A stretch of DNA of 63,955 nt, the filler included, from Bonamia ostreae (taxonomy: Eukaryota), in assembly GCA_040357525.1 (NCBI GenBank). It is 24 parts of 24 records of this genome, joined end to end, with 100 filler letters (N's around TTAATTAATTAA, not from the genome) between each part and the next. Parts side by side here need not be neighbours in the genome. Positions count along the whole stretch, not along the records: positions 61,410 to 63,955 come from JBDODL010000784.1; 23 more parts are not named here. One strand, 5' to 3'. The notes beneath the pieces are model-generated. The model made no database searches. It had not been told where the DNA came from and saw only the letters and a program-made list of their open reading frames with translations. The position numbers and the translations under genes are program-made. Positions 61,410-63,955 of this stretch are shown piece after piece. Position 1 is the stretch's first letter. Every line of letters starts with the position of its first letter.

Positions 61410-63315
61410 TGGTTAAAATGCTAAGACTACCTATCTTCGAAAATGAAGCGTCACCTCGCCCACAAATATAAAGTGGAAAGATAAATCTATATCGGCTAAA
61501 AAATAATTTACAAATGCGACGAAAATAAAATAAACTCTGTCAAAGCAAAATAAAGTTTTGACGCCGAAAAGACATCTAACGAAGCTTCACTGAGTCCGAA
61601 CAAAGGTTTTTTGTTAAGTGATGATGAATTGTAGCAATAGAATGCCAAATCGATTCTTCTTCTAAACGAGGGCGCCCCCGACAAAGCCAAAATCTTTTCG
61701 TTTTCCGTAAAGTTATCGCTGCTTTCGAAAATTTCAAACTTTTCCAAATTGTTTTCGTCTTTTGGAATGTTCTCTTTCGTCTCGTCTAAATTTTCTTTTT
61801 CGGTTTCTTTGTTAAATTTAGAAGTTGAGTCTGAACAAAGGGCAATTAATCTATCTTCGTTTTGGTTTTTGTGCGAAGAAACGAGCAAAATTTTGTCCTG
61901 AAAATATGCTTTTTCTATCTTTTCGCCTTCGGCCAAAACAGTCTTCTGGTTAATCCCGGAAATCACCAAATTTTTTTTGTCGTCGAACTGAACATTTTTT
62001 ATGAAACCGAAAAGAAGATCCGAGAATTTTTGTTTGTCAGCCCAAAACCGAAACATCTCTGCGACACGCAGTCCAAAGCGCTTACCGGAAAAACCGAGAC
62101 TATCTTTTCGTTTAAAAAATCTTTCGATTTTGTCATTTTTGAAGCTTTCTCCTGAACCTTTTTTTATAGAAATTCGTTAATATCTAAATCCGAAGATGTT
62201 TTAGGTCAACTTTGAGAATGCTCGAAACGAACTGGATAGTGTCTCCGGTCAGTTGCCAACAACAAATAGACGTCGCCGTCGCCGCGAACAAAAGATCTCG
62301 AGAGTCGTCGACCGCAGTTGAAACGATCCCTTCTGCTTCTTTTCCAAAGATTTGCTTCAAAGGAACGAACAGTTTTTGCAGACTACTTCGAGTTTCTATT
62401 TTTCGCAATTTGCGCCGGTCACCGAAAATGTTCGGAAATCGGCTTCGGTTGTCCTATTCTCATTAAATTGAAAACTTTGTACTCTAGTTCGAAAAGTTGG
62501 CCGTTCTGTGATTTCAGAAAAACTTGTCCTCTTTTCGAAACAGTTATTTTGTCGAACTTTTCACCATTCGTCGGAACGCTGATCTCTATTTTTTTAGGTT
62601 TCAAACTTTTCTGTCGCGCGAAATGTTGCACAGAAGTTTTGTTTCCTTCCAAAATGACGATTTCCGTCTCAGTGGCCAGGAATATAACCATTTGGACAGT
62701 TTCGCCTTTTAAGCTTAAATAATCAACTTTTGTTTGGAGATTCGACTATTTCGGCCGCCCTGATGAGACCTTCGACTTCGGTCAAAACTTGGAAAGGTCT
62801 TTTTTTTACAAAAAAACTTTCTTTCTGTGAAACTCCACAAGACGAACTTTTCGTCGCAGGCGAACCAGGCCAAAGGGAAGAAGGGAGCTAAGCCACAAAC
62901 GGAGTTTATCTTGTTGTCGGTTATTTTCGCTGCGATGTTAGAAGGGATTTTTATGTTTTCGGTTTCAAATTTGTCGTTTGTCTTTTGGATCAGAATTAAG
63001 GTAATTTTTGAAATTATTTTGGTCTCAAATTTTTGGAAATTATATTTTTGGTCTGAAATGTTAGGTTTGTACAATTGGGTTATAAATAACGAATTCGCTC
63101 GTAGATAGTTTTGCCCTTGATTCCGGAGGGTAATCATCGAGAAAGGTTTCATCTAACAACATGGACTTTTCTATTAGCCGCGCGGATGCATAAATCTGGC
63201 TAATGTTTTCTTGAAGAAAAGCTTTAATATAAAATCCGAAACAATGCCGCTCCTTGTTTCCGTTGTAGACTATTTTGGAGTCAGTATTGCTGTCAAGAGC
63301 GCGCGTTCCATTCAT
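61410..63315 (-). CDS. NUP155: Nucleoporin Nup155/Nup170 N-terminal beta-propeller (3' truncated)
   Basis: CGLAPFFPLAWFACDEKFVLWSF, GQVFL...GQLFELEY, AVDDSRDLLF; introns of 19-22 nt at 62799-62817, 62706-62727 and about 62454-62475. Confidence 0.75.
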
Positions 63316-63415
63316 TATAATTTAGTTAAAGCTTTTTCTAATTATAGCAGCGAAGATTAAACAAAGACGATTATTAATTATATCACAAATTTTGAAAATG
63401 TAAAATTTAAAGTTT

Positions 63416-63901
63416 CTAATCAAAATGGATGGTCATCCATTTCATAAGTTCTTCATCTGAGATTACTTTCTCAAAGTCTGTCAATGTCAAGAAATCGCAG
63501 TCTTTTCCGCCATACTTTTCAATAGTGTTCTTAGAAATGGAGTTCAGTTTAACCGGGGAAACAAAGTTCCCGACCATAATTTTAAGTATTTTCTCCAAAT
63601 CTTCAATCGATATGCGTCCGTCTTTGTCGCAGTCGTACATTCTAAACGCGATTTCTCTTTTCTTCTTGACATCACAGTTTCTATTGAAAAGCCACAAAAA
63701 AGAGACAAAATTTTCAAAATTGCATCTTCCGAGTTCGTCGACGAACAAAGGGACAACTCTTTCTGACAGCGGATTCATTGAGAGTTCGGGGATTAACAAA
63801 AATTCTTCTGTCGATATGTAGCCATTTTTGGTTCTATCTAATGTCTGAAACCGGCTGTAGAGCAATTTTATTTCTTCCTCTGTAACTTTGATAATTTTCA
63901 A
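63416..63901 (-). CDS. Calcineurin B / CHP-like EF-hand protein (first exon outside window)
   Basis: EEIKLLYSRFQTLDR..NGYIS.EEFL.IPELSMNPL, AFRMYDCDKDGRIS, MTIHF. Confidence 0.9.
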   Translation of the reverse strand: MKIIKVTEEEIKLLYSRFQTLDRTKNGYISTEEFLLIPELSMNPLSERVVPLFVDELGRCNFENFVSFLWLFNRNCDVKKKREIAFRMYDCDKDGRISIEDLEKILKIMVGNFVSPVKLNSISKNTIEKYGGKDCDFLTLTDFEKVISDEELMKWMTIHFD

Positions 63902-63955
63902 AATTTTACATTTATCGAAATTAAAATTGCAATTTTATTAATAACATTTTGAGAC

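Noticed and set aside
62970-63090. TACCTTAAT near a Nup155 acceptor as a second U12 intron
   Set aside because: The donor is GTTATT, not RTATCCT; treated as a U2 intron.

Overview
This window is not a contiguous locus. It is 24 short contigs of about 2.55-2.6 kb, sorted by decreasing length and joined by an artificial 100-bp linker (N44-TTAATTAATTAA-N44). Two eukaryotic genomes appear mixed. (i) Eighteen contigs come from a very AT-rich, gene-dense protist. Recognisable genes include EFTUD2/Snu114, OXSM, MAP1D, Sfr1-like, two lipocalins, PP2C, mitochondrial uL1, ASCC2, class I PI3K, TAF10, RPS14, PinX1-like, AMPD, LicD, NELF-B, CWC25, REV3, SPT3, seipin, Nup155 and a calcineurin-B-like protein. 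(ii) Six gene-poor contigs are animal-like, with PAN/sushi, D8C and RING exons, GTAAG/GTGAG donors and a shared tRNA-derived SINE. The mixture is consistent with a bivalve parasite (e.g. a haplosporidian such as Bonamia) plus host DNA; this is inference only. The most striking signal is the protist's splicing system. Many GT-AG introns are only 19-28 nt with a degenerate GTT(T) donor, longer introns are inflated by intron-specific minisatellites, and a consensus U12-type AT-AC intron sits in the NELF-B gene.
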